A stretch of DNA of 64,000 bases, taken from the NCBI GenBank assembly GCA_964016885.1, contig OZ024741.1, forward strand, positions 281,852,001-281,916,000, read 5' to 3'. Below, piece after piece: positions 52,244-62,651 of this stretch; position 1 is the first letter of the stretch; each line of letters starts with the position of its first letter. Source of the stretch: Eledone cirrhosa. Taxonomy: Eukaryota. A program made the translations under genes and the position numbers. The notes under the pieces are model-generated. The model was not told the origin of the DNA. It saw nothing but the letters and a program-made list of their open reading frames with translations, and did not search any database.

Positions 52244-55127
52244 TCATCATCATCATCATCATCAACGTTTAACGTCCGTGTTCCACGCTTGCATGGGTTT
52301 GGACGGGGGTAGTCCCACTTGAGGCAAGAGTGATTGTCTTGCTCGCATAGGACTGTCTGGCAGGTTTTCTACAGTTGGATGCCCTTCCTAACACCAACCA
52401 CATTTACAGTGTGGGTCTGGGAGGTTTTTACCGTGTTGCCTACACGGCCACATTACAGCGTGGACTGTGTGTTTTTTTGTCGTGACACCTACACGATCTC
52501 ATTTGTTTCGGCCTCGATGGCGCGGCACCAACATAACTTTACATAGAACGGGGTGGTGTGGATCGGGTGGGGGTGGGGGTGGTGGGACGGGGTGTATTTT
52601 GTTAGAGATGCCTACTGGCTGGAGTAGGTTTTACTATATATTTAGGTAAGGCGGGTCTTCTCTGTTACTGAGTACCGCCAAAGGTCTCGGTCCAGTGACA
52701 TTGTCTTGGAGAGGTGTAAGTGTGTGATGTCGGAGTTTATCAGCTCGTCCCAGGTTTTTCTAGGTCTGCCTATTCCGTGACTACCGTCTATCTTTATTGC
52801 CCTGCACTTTGTTATACAGCTATCGACTTTCATGCGCATCACGTGTCCATACCAACGTAGCCTTCTCTCGAGTAAACAACATCTGATCCCTCTTATCTCT
52901 AATTTATTCCTTAGTTCGTTTATGCTTTGCCGTTCACGTATATTACTGTTACACATCCAGCGGAGCATGCAAGCTTCGTTCCTCTCTAGTCTGCGTATAT
53001 CCTCTGCACACAATGCCCAGGTCTCACTGCCATGCAGCATTGCTGTTCGTATGCAGGCATCGTACAACCTGCCTTTCATTTTTAGTGAGAACCCTTTAGC
53101 AGCTAATAGTGGTATAAGCTCTCTGAACTTTTTCCAACCAGTTCTGACTCTAGCTACAGTACTTTCAGAGCACCCTCCCCCACTGCTGATTTTATCGCCC
53201 AGGTAACGGAAGCTGTCCACTATTTCTATAGAACCCTCTGCGCAATTGAAAGAGCTAGTAGTTTGTGGGCACTTGCTGCTACTTATTGCACCAGAGCACC
53301 GGCCACATGTAAAATCTATGTTCTTAGTTAGCTTACCTGTGATCCCACTACATCTTTTATGCACCCATACTTTGCATTTAGGACATAAAATGGAGTTTCT
53401 ACCTACGCCTTTCCTACACACCGAGCACGACCATTTCCCCGAAGGGACCGCCGCCTTGTTTTCTTTCCTACAAACTAGTACTTTGGTCTTAGCCAGGTTA
53501 ATTTTAAGTCCTTTTGACTCTAGGCCGTGCTTCCATGTTTGGAATTTCTTCTCTAGCTCGGCCATTGATTCCGCTATGAGTGTCAGGTCGTCTGCGTATA
53601 GGAGTTCCCATGGGCAGCCTGTCTTGAACTCCTCTGTTATAGCCTGAAGGGCAATAATAAATAGTAGTGGACTGAGAACAGAGCCCTGATGGACGCCGAC
53701 TTTTACGCTAAACTCTTCACTATATTCGTTGTTAATTCTAACCTTGCTGACTGTTTCTTTATACATGGCTTGTATAGCCCTCACAAGCCATTCGTCAACG
53801 CCTAGTTTTCTAAGAGCCCACCAGATAATGGAGCGGGGGACTCTGTCGAAGGCTTTCTCCAAGTCGACAAAAGCTAAGTAGAGGGGTTTACCTTTAGCTA
53901 GGTACTTCTCCTGTAGTTGTCGTACTATGAAAAGAGCGTCTGTGGTACTTTTGCCTGACACAAACCCGAACTGCATTTCATCTAGGTCAATTCTCTCTCT
54001 GATTAGTTGCGCTATTACTCTTTCCGTGACCTTCATGACCTGGTCGATTAATTTAATGCCTCTATAGTTACTCCTATCTAGGGCGTCTCCTTTACCCTTA
54101 TAACAGTTAACGATGATGCTGCTATGCCAGTCCTTCGGAACAACCCCGTTCTGTACGACTTGGTTAACTATGCGGGTGACCATGGTGTGTCCCACCGTGC
54201 CAGATGCCTTCAGCATCTCAGCAACTATTTCCGAAGGCCCAGCCGCCTTACCAGTCTTCATATCCTTGATTGCCTTACTTATTATACTCCCCTCGACTAA
54301 CACTGCTGGTCCCTCTATTGGGTCGATATGGGGGAGACTGCCTTTCTCCCAATTATTCTCCTCATTTAGAAGCCTTTCATAGTGACACTTCCAAGCTACC
54401 TTCTTATCAGTGTCGGTGATGGCAAGTGTGCCATCGTCGTTTAGTACACACTTCTCCCCGACAATATCACGGTTTTCCTTGACGCATTGCCTAGCAATCC
54501 TGAACACCTCACGTTTTTGGTCATCGCGTTGTAGAACATGCTTGAACTTTCTTTCCTCAGCTTCCCTTCTTGCTAAGTACACTTGTCTCCTAGCTTCCCT
54601 CCTGGCCACTTGATAGTCCTCTCTACTTCCCCCATCCCGCCATACTTTCCAAGCCTGCTTTTTGGCCTTAATTGACCCCTCCACCTTACTGTTCCACCAC
54701 CATGTTACTCTCCTCCTGCCTACAGGCCTGCTCCAGCCACAGACCTCGTCTGTCGCCAACAGCAGGTTTGCTTTCAGAAATTCCCACTCTCCCTCTATAT
54801 TGTCCGACTCTAAATGTTCTTCCTTACTGTCGAAAGCATCAAGTAATATGCTTTGAAATTTATTCCTGGCTGTGGGGTCCTTTAGCTTCCATATTTTCCT
54901 CCTGAGGATAGTCCTCTTCTGTTGTCGAGTACGTCTCGTCCTGACTATGAGGTCGCTAATTATCAGTCTATGTTGGGAGGTGCATTCTTCATGGGGGAGG
55001 GATTTAGTGTTAACAACAGACACTCTGTCACGTCTTCTGGTAAGGATATAATCTACCTGGCTTGTGTGTTCCCCGGATCTATAGGTGATCAGGTGATTGT
55101 CACGTTTTTTGAAGTTAGTGTTACAGA
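52244..55127 (-). mobile_element. Young 5'-truncated RTE-clade LINE with (ATG)n tail
   Basis: Uninterrupted ORF, ~400-bp 3'UTR and (CAT)n tail. Candidate TSD ATATATATATT at 52230-52240 and 55127-55137 (low complexity). Confidence 0.95.
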
Positions 55128-55155
55128 TATATATATTGTTATAAAACACACTCAC
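52642..55155 (-). CDS. RTE ORF: APE endonuclease C-terminal part, reverse transcriptase and an inserted PHD finger (the first ~10 codons are flanking DNA)
   Basis: Endonuclease motifs TYRSG..SQVDYIL and SQHRLI. RT motifs GKAAGP, NYRGIKL, QFGF, FVDLEKAFDRV, GVHQGSVLSPLLF, LLYADD, GLKINLAKTK and FRYLG. C-terminal RRLRWYGHV and GRPRKTW. Confidence 0.95.
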   Translation of the reverse strand: MSVFYNNIYICNTNFKKRDNHLITYRSGEHTSQVDYILTRRRDRVSVVNTKSLPHEECTSQHRLIISDLIVRTRRTRQQKRTILRRKIWKLKDPTARNKFQSILLDAFDSKEEHLESDNIEGEWEFLKANLLLATDEVCGWSRPVGRRRVTWWWNSKVEGSIKAKKQAWKVWRDGGSREDYQVARREARRQVYLARREAEERKFKHVLQRDDQKREVFRIARQCVKENRDIVGEKCVLNDDGTLAITDTDKKVAWKCHYERLLNEENNWEKGSLPHIDPIEGPAVLVEGSIISKAIKDMKTGKAAGPSEIVAEMLKASGTVGHTMVTRIVNQVVQNGVVPKDWHSSIIVNCYKGKGDALDRSNYRGIKLIDQVMKVTERVIAQLIRERIDLDEMQFGFVSGKSTTDALFIVRQLQEKYLAKGKPLYLAFVDLEKAFDRVPRSIIWWALRKLGVDEWLVRAIQAMYKETVSKVRINNEYSEEFSVKVGVHQGSVLSPLLFIIALQAITEEFKTGCPWELLYADDLTLIAESMAELEKKFQTWKHGLESKGLKINLAKTKVLVCRKENKAAVPSGKWSCSVCRKGVGRNSILCPKCKVWVHKRCSGITGKLTKNIDFTCGRCSGAISSSKCPQTTSSFNCAEGSIEIVDSFRYLGDKISSGGGCSESTVARVRTGWKKFRELIPLLAAKGFSLKMKGRLYDACIRTAMLHGSETWALCAEDIRRLERNEACMLRWMCNSNIRERQSINELRNKLEIRGIRCCLLERRLRWYGHVMRMKVDSCITKCRAIKIDGSHGIGRPRKTWDELINSDITHLHLSKTMSLDRDLWRYSVTEKTRLT

Positions 55156-55320
55156 TGTTTGATTTGGATTGGTTTTCGCTTCTGTATATTATATAACCCT
55201 ATAGTTAATTTAGCTGGCAATCAATGTTTATCATTGATTGACCAACGGTTAAAAATGTAGATATAAATATATATATATATAGTCTATCAAAGTTCTTTCA
55301 TCACACACCTGTGACATCAC

Positions 55321-55492
55321 CAGTGGTACTATTATACATAAGCGTATTGCTCCTATGATTTTGAGGATGTGCAGTTATTCATAATTTTCCAGCAAAAATG
55401 ACTTTTTTTCAGGCAAAAAGTTTTCCAGCAACAATACTTTTTGGAGTGTAGCTGTACCCCATGCCCCCCCCCCCCCCAGCTATACACCACTG
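55321..55492. mobile_element. Possible short TIR MITE
   Basis: CAGTGGT / ACCACTG termini with a subterminal poly-C run. Confidence 0.35.
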
Positions 55493-55498
55493 TATTTA

Positions 55499-55553
<55 letters not shown>

Positions 55554-55984
55554 TACATGATTAATATATAAATATATTATTTGATACATGTAAACCCTAT
55601 AGTCAAGCTGAAACTATTTTAATGGGGGTAGAACTCATCAAATCAAACCAAGGAAACAATGTTTCCATTTGTCTCGCCATTGCTGATACTATTTACGTCA
55701 CAATTTCTGGCAGAAAGAGCAACATGAAATAAAGTGTCTTGCTGAAGGACATAACTCATCACCCTGTCCAGGAATCAAACTTGCAACCTCATGGTTGTGA
55801 ATCCAATTCTCTAACCACTAAGCCGCATGCCTTCACAATCTTTATTTCGTTAGATTTAATCTGATGCCCTAATGACTCGGCCAATTCACCATGTTGTAAT
55901 AATAACATCTGAGAGAAACATCTCTATGAATTTCAAAGAAGAATTGACTGACAAAAAAAGACCAAGAGATCAAAACCAACAAGA

Positions 55985-56150
55985 TGTGTAATGGCTGTAT
56001 GGTTTAGAAGTTCACTTTTAAAGCATGTAGCTTAGGGTTCAGTCCTGCTGTGTGGCACATTGACCAACCAATGCCATGTAAGTGAATTTGGTAGATGGGA
56101 ACTCTGTGGAATCCCATTGTTTGTATGTATGTGTGTTTCTGTATGTTTTT
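55985..56150 (+). mobile_element. Old tRNA-derived SINE (different family)
   Basis: TGGCTGTATGGTT (A-box-like), GGGTTCAGTCC (B-box-like), GAATTTGGTAGATGGGAACT and a (TG)n tail. Confidence 0.6.
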
Positions 56151-56729
56151 GCCCCCAAAACACTTAAGTTGGTGAATCTCTATGAATGGATTGGTGCCAG
56201 GAAGGTCATCTGGCCATAAAACATGACCATGGATAAAGAAGGGGAAATATGAAGACTAAAAAATTCCCAGTGGTCATCAGAACACTAAGTCTCATGAAGA
56301 AGGAAATCAGAAAGTTCAGGAACCATATTGAAGAATACATAATCTACACCCAATTTCAGGGTGTTGCTCTACCCATGGAGAACAGCTCAGATATTACAGA
56401 GACTGTTGTCTGTCAAGGGACCTCTGCCATGAAGAAGAAGAAGAAGGTGTGGTGTTTTCTATTTTCATGTTGTATCTGAAACTGTGAAGGAAACTTCTGG
56501 TGAGAAAAAGAAGTTTAAAAAATGTAAAAACTGATATCTCAGTTGACATACAGAAACAAACATTGGAACTGTTCCTATTTAAATGTTTCATAGCATTTCA
56601 AAAGACAAATAAATTTTAAGCGTTCACAATTTTAAAATGTTTTGTTTTGTTTTTTTGAGGAGGGGGTCTCCACCCCACCCACCCACCCTTCCAATTTGAG
56701 AAGAGAACTGGTAGAAACATATCTGCTGA

Positions 56730-57040
56730 GTTGTGGTAGTAGTGGTGTTGGTGGTGGTGATTGTGGTGTGGTAGTGTTGGTCTAGTGGTTGTGGGGTGGT
56801 GGTGGTATTGGTGATGTTGATGGTGGTGGTGTTGGTGCTGGTGACAGTGATGGTTGTGGTGTGGTGGTAGTAATGTTGGTGGTGGTGGTGTTAATGATGC
56901 TTATGGTGGTCTTATTGGTAATGATAATGTGTTGGTGTTGGTGGTAGTGGTGGTTGTAGTAGTGGTGGGGTTAGTGGTGTTGGATTGGTGGTAGGGTTAG
57001 TAGAGGTGGTAGTGGTGAGGAGGAGGAAGAAGAAGAGGTA
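56730..57040. repeat. Degenerate (GGT)n trinucleotide repeat
   Basis: Direct read. Confidence 0.9.
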
Positions 57041-57414
57041 AGAATGTAGGGAGTGTTGATCAGTATATTCCTTATTCGTTCAATCTTATAAAATAAATAC
57101 ATAAATAAGAGGAGCCTTGTTCTCATGGTAATATGATCTCAATTCAATTGAAATTAGCATATTTTTCCATTGGTCTTGAGAGAAGTGCAAACTAACATCA
57201 ACAAAGAAGAGGAAGAAAGTCATGGCGCCACACAATCTAGAGTTGAAAAACCAATGTTTTATTTTATTTATCTATTTATTTATTTATTTTGATAGAATAA
57301 AGCCTGTTTTCCATCTTTTGAAAACAGGGTTTATTTATTTCTACTGTTGCTCTATGTTCTAGAAAAAGTATCCTTATTGTAGCCTTTTTAGTGCCTTAAT
57401 ATAATTCTTTTTAG

Positions 57415-57980
57415 CACTGGCACAAGGCCAGCAAATTGGAGAAAGGGGGAAAGTTGATTATATCGATCCCAATAATTGACCAGTACTTTATTTATTTTTT
57501 TTTTTTTTTTAAATACTTAAATATATTCCAAGGATAAAATTACATAAAAATAATAAAGAATTTAATATTTAGTCAAACATACAGAAAAAGAAAGCAGTAT
57601 TGGAAAGGACTATAAATGCCATAAATGATAGGAAAATAAGAGAAAGAGCATGGACTATCAGGCAACGGAAGAAAGAAAGGGGAGAGGGTGACAGACTCTA
57701 CACCTAGGTCAGAACAGTGTTTTGGCTGCACCCTGTGAACAAAATGGCAAAGGTATTTCTGTGGACAATGGCCAACAACACCCACCTCACAGGGCTCCTT
57801 CCTCAGACAGGCTGTTGTCATTCTGATTTTACGGAGGAGGTTAGCTTTATTTTATTGACCTCATAAGAATGAAAGGCAAAGTTGGCATTGGTGGGTTTTG
57901 AACCCAGTACATAGAAAATTGTATCTAAATACCACAATGCATTTTATCTAATGCTCCACAGAAACTGACAATCCCCACCC
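57415..57980 (-). mobile_element. Older SINE split by a poly(A)-tailed retro-insertion (~57490-57845)
   Basis: SINE 3' part at 57415-57490 and 5' part at 57846-57980. The insert starts with poly-T and has CTTTATTT on both sides. Confidence 0.75.
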
Positions 57981-58168
57981 TAGAGTTTTTCATATAATGT
58001 TTTCTATGTAGCATGTACATTATATGCTTAAGAATGGGTGTTTAAAATACCATAGTACTTAAAGCATTCAAACATTAACTGAATGAGCACTCAATACTTA
58101 TGAGTAGAATTCAAATTATAATTTCTAAGTAGAAAAGTGACAGCATATGTATTTATTTGAGCTGTTAA

Positions 58169-59108
58169 CCCTTTTATGGCCACATTTCTAATGTAATACA
58201 CTCTACTTCAATTAATTAATGAAGAATTTTAAGCGATTTATTAAAATTATTAATTATTTCATTACTAAGATAGTAACTTAATGTAAGGTTCTTATATAAA
58301 ATCATGTAGGAAAATTTTAGTTTAAATTGGAAACCTTTAATCCTTTAGCATTCACATTACTCTATATAGACTATTGTATTTTCATTACCTCGCATAATTA
58401 TCTCACATAATATCGAATCTATGAGATTTTGAAAGTATTTATTTTGAGAACAATACTTTAACATCAGTTTGAGCGACCAATTATAGCCAGTTTCAACAGA
58501 ATGAGGTAGAGATTTTGGGCCGGTTTTGGCCAGTTTGAACATTAAAGAGTTAAAATGGGTGGCTTTATTTCATAGAAGCAGAGCCAGTTTTGGCCGGGTT
58601 TGTAACAACTACTTTAACCCTTTCATTACCATATTTCTAATGAAAGATGATTTTTCAAATAATTTGGAGGGATTTAGTAAAATAACTTGTTCATTATTTA
58701 TCTGGTGTTAGAAACATAACTGAGAGGTTCCTTCATAAAATTACAATGGTAAGTTTTTAGATCATATAACTTTAAAACAAGCAACTTTTTTTTGTAGCAC
58801 CAAGGGCAGTTTCAGGTGGTTTGATACCAAAAGCCCAAGACTTGATCTGATTCTATGGAAAATACCCACCCCTCTTAAATGTTCCTAATTAAATTAAAAT
58901 CTTCCAATATAATTTTATATAACAATCATATTTTAAGTTACTATCTTTGTAATGAAATAATAATTTTAGTAAATCCATCCAAATTGTTCATGAAGTAATT
59001 GGAATAGATAGTATTACATTAGAAATACAGTCAGGAAAGGGTTAAAACAAACAGTTTTGTATTGAAAACAACTTGGAGGTGTTTTGAGCAGTTTGGTATG
59101 AAAAGAGT
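58169..59108. mobile_element. Cluster of nested TTAA/piggyBac-like MITEs (families A and B)
   Basis: Family-B starts at 58169 and 58618. A family-A copy (58341-58549, minus) is bracketed by TTAA. An inverted family-B end GAAAGGG|TTAA lies at 59041, and a B-type terminus GGTATGAAAAGAG|TTA at ~59107. Confidence 0.75.
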
Positions 59109-59211
59109 TAGCATGTGTATATTGAGTATTAAGGAGTTATAATGGTAGATGGGGAATGGAAGTTATTAGGGTGTTAGCATGCTGAATCCTTTTTTTTGGG
59201 GGGGGGGGGGC

Positions 59212-59460
59212 AAGGCTCACCAGGCTTGTGCTTATCTGGTTTCATTAGCTTTAAGTAAGTGAGAATACAAGACTTTCCCCTAGACAGGAAGGTAGTCCTT
59301 CAAAATATTAAACTCCCCTCCAGTGTTACTGTTGGTACTTATTTTCAACTGGGTGTAGTACAGCACCATGAAATGAAGTGTTTTACTCAAGAACACTATG
59401 CAAAATCTAGTCCTGGAATCAAACCCACAACATCATGGTTTAACCATTAAGTCAGTTGCC
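59212..59460 (-). mobile_element. SINE, same family as 40065-40318
   Basis: Colinear homology. Confidence 0.7.
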
Positions 59461-59979
59461 TCATTACTGAATGATGAATGCTTCATAATCCATCCATGAA
59501 AACCCAGGTAACCAAATCAGTAGCATAGCTAGAAGTAATGGAGGACTAACCACTGCTTCTAAGTATTATATTTGACAGCTTATAAGATGCACCTCAATTT
59601 GGACAAGCATTAAAAAAAATAATAATTGGGTTTAAACTACAAATGTTAGAGGAAGAGTATAAAGTTTGTACATCATATTTTTCATGATCATTTTACATTG
59701 TAATTCTACTTGTAATATTTTAGTACATTTTTAAAACATAAGGAAGTGTGAAAATAAATTTACTTTATTCTCTACATCATATTTTTTGTTGAAATATTTA
59801 GTATATTTTTAAAAGAAAAAGTGAAATTTTATTCATCATAAAATTTATTAGAATTGTAGCTTTTTTTTTTTATTCATGTTCTGGTATGTACTACTGTTAT
59901 ATATTGTTACCTAAGAAAAGAGTTGCCATTTTGTCCAATGTTCTAACAATTCTACCAATCTGCTTCCTAATAATAATAA

Positions 59980-60190
59980 ATATTGTTTTTACTTTATGGC
60001 ACAAGGCCAGCAATTCCCCAGTACATTACTGGGACTTTATTTTATCGACTGGTTTCTGGCACAAAGCCAGAAATCTGGGGTGAAGGGTAAGTTCATTAAA
60101 TCAACCCCAGTACTTTACTGGTACTTTAATTTAGCGACACTGGAAGGATCAAAAGCAAAATTGACCATGACAGGATTTGAACTCAGAAAA
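59980..60190 (-). mobile_element. Two stacked SINE fragments
   Basis: GGCACAAGGCCAGCAA at ~59998 and GGCACAAAGCCAG at ~60058, followed by a B-box complement GGATTTGAACTCAG. Confidence 0.7.
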
Positions 60191-60650
60191 AACCTGAAAG
60201 AAATATTTTGAAAGGAATGTCACTGTAAAATATATTTGCTCGAACAATTCATATACAAATATCTGAATTTACAAACCCACCTTACTCACATAAGCATACA
60301 ATTTTTCTCTCCACTGTCTGAAGTAGATTCCCTTCTCTCACTAACTTTGAATCTCCAATAACACTTAACATTTCTTTGTGAGTTTTATATTGAATAATGA
60401 TAATATTTGTTTTCTAGCAATCAACCTCATTATGCTATGTGTTTTAGATTACTATTACCATCCTTTTGTTCTAACAGTGACAGAGAGAAACAATTGACAA
60501 TGATATTGTTTCTGAGTTATTGCCCTTTGTCAAGATTGTGTATCTCTCTTCTGTCACACACTAGCACTCTTAAAAATATATAGTATACATTGACGGATTA
60601 GCCTAATTTGCATACTGCTAGAACAAAAGGAGGGTGATGGTCATCAAAAA

Positions 60651-60967
60651 CAGTGGTCCCAACCTTTTTTATCCACGGACCAGCTTCATGCCGGACAATC
60701 TTTCCGCAGACCAGTAGTTGCACATATGTGTTATTTAAGTGCATTTCAATAAAGAGAGCAATAATACAAAGTGCAATTCCTTAAAGGGAAAAAAAAGTGT
60801 ATTGTGTATATGAATATTGAACATTTAAACAAATCTTTTAAAATTAAAGTCCAATACTCAATTTATCTATTATATAATTTTAAACAAGTTAATTATTTTT
60901 TTGTGGCCTGATAGCAAATCACCCACGAACTGGTACCGGTCTGCAGCCTGGTGGTTGGCGACCTCTG
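60651..60967. mobile_element. hAT/Charlie-like (MER1-type) MITE
   Basis: TIR CAGTGGTCCCAACC / GGTTGGCGACCTCTG. 8-bp TSD ATCAAAAA/ATCTAAAA (7 of 8 match). Confidence 0.8.
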
Positions 60968-62651
60968 ATCTAAAACACAGTGTAATGAGGCTGTTTACTT
61001 GCAAACGAATCAAATATTATTATTAATCGATATAAAACTCACGAATGCATTTAAATATCTGCTAGAGCGAAAAACTAAATTCTAATTTTGTTTTTAAAAA
61101 TCTCTTCTTCTTCTTTACTTTTTCTTCTTTACTTCTTTTCTTCTTCTTTACTTTTTCTTCTTTACTTCTTTTCTTCTTCTTTACTTTTTCTTTTTCTTTG
61201 TCATTTTCTTTCTTTTCTTCTTCTTTACATTTACTTTTTTAGCAGAAATATTATAATAGATATATATGACCAAGTCTTTAGCATGTTTTTACATTATTTA
61301 TTAACAAAGGTTAAGAGGTAGATTAAGCTGGCATGCCAAAAGAAATGAAATAAACCAATTAAGATTGCAAGAGAAGGTACGGTTGACTGGCTGAGGCATT
61401 GGCCAGGCCTGTAGTAATGTTTTGTCGTTACATATTGTTCGTGCTTGCAAAGCAAAAGAAGAATTGGTGTTTACCTTAAGCGTCAAGGGAGAGAGGCGCC
61501 AGAACACTCCCTTATATTTGGGCCACGAGGAAGTAACTCCAATTAGTTTGGTTCCCCGGACAAAGGTGGCACTAGTCACTACAGTACCCTCCTCCAGACG
61601 ATAGACGATAATGAAGAAGTTAAATGTAACGAGAAGGCGTACAGAACAAAACAAGGAAGGCAAAGGTATGTAAATGACAAAGTTTGCAAAGAAACAAAGT
61701 ATAAAATAAGCATACATGATAAATGTAACAGGAACAAATCATTGAAAAATAATACAGTTCAAACAGTGTTTACAGGAATGTAGCACAATTGCAGCAGGGA
61801 AACTGTAGGAAAAAGTGTGTGTCCAAAGCGAATGTGTGCAGGTGGTTTCTGTACTGTGAAAAACGTGAAATCTCCAGCCTTCAAAGAGAATGGTGGAAAT
61901 TTTGCAGAGGAAGATAACTGCAAGAAGGATTCTCAGTTCTGTTTGTTGTTCTGCTGGTTTGAAGTTGTTGAGAGAAGAACAAAGATGAAATTGTTCTTGG
62001 TTGTCGTCTCACAGTTAGAAGATCCCAGAAAAACTGTTGCGCAAAGTGCTAAAAATAACAGCCAAAATTGATGGTCAGTTTTGCGGTTGAGCGTTGATCT
62101 GTTTGAGTTCAGATGAAGTTGTGACCATAGAAACGAGCATGCAGGATAAGTGTACAGTAACTAACACCAATTTACGACATTGTAGTGTCGCAAATTTCTT
62201 ACTGGCAAATACAAAAAATAGCTTGGGCTGATGAAGTCCTTGAAAAAGAAATAGCAAAGCGTGTGTATCTCAGTGAGTCCAGCTTGTGCACTACACACAA
62301 GGTGAAATTGAAGTTGAAAAAATTTCTTTTGCACGGGAAAATTACGAAAGAGACAAGATGGCTACCGAAAATGAAAGATATAACGAAATATATTTCCAGT
62401 GAGTGAGACACATTTAGATGATACAACACGTGAGATGTAGGAAAATGTTATTGCTCATTGGAGGAACTGTTTTTTTGTTTGTCAGAGAAAATTTGTGTCC
62501 TTGAAGCCGGAGAAATTTTTTTGTCCAAAATGCCACATTAGGTGGAAGAAAGTGTGTCCCAACGAAAAATTCACCACGTGTTTGGTGTCTGTGTATACGT
62601 CTGCTTGTTCCTTATTTTTTTGTTCTTTCGGGTTGCAAATTTAATATGAAT

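Noticed and set aside
52832-55260. Several plus-strand ORFs overlapping the LINE, and likewise 63098-63544
   Set aside because: They are antisense shadows of the RTE ORF.
61725-62638. TGTAAC...GTTGCA as a possible solo LTR
   Set aside because: There is no matching TSD, PBS or PPT. It may be TE-derived but cannot be supported from sequence alone.
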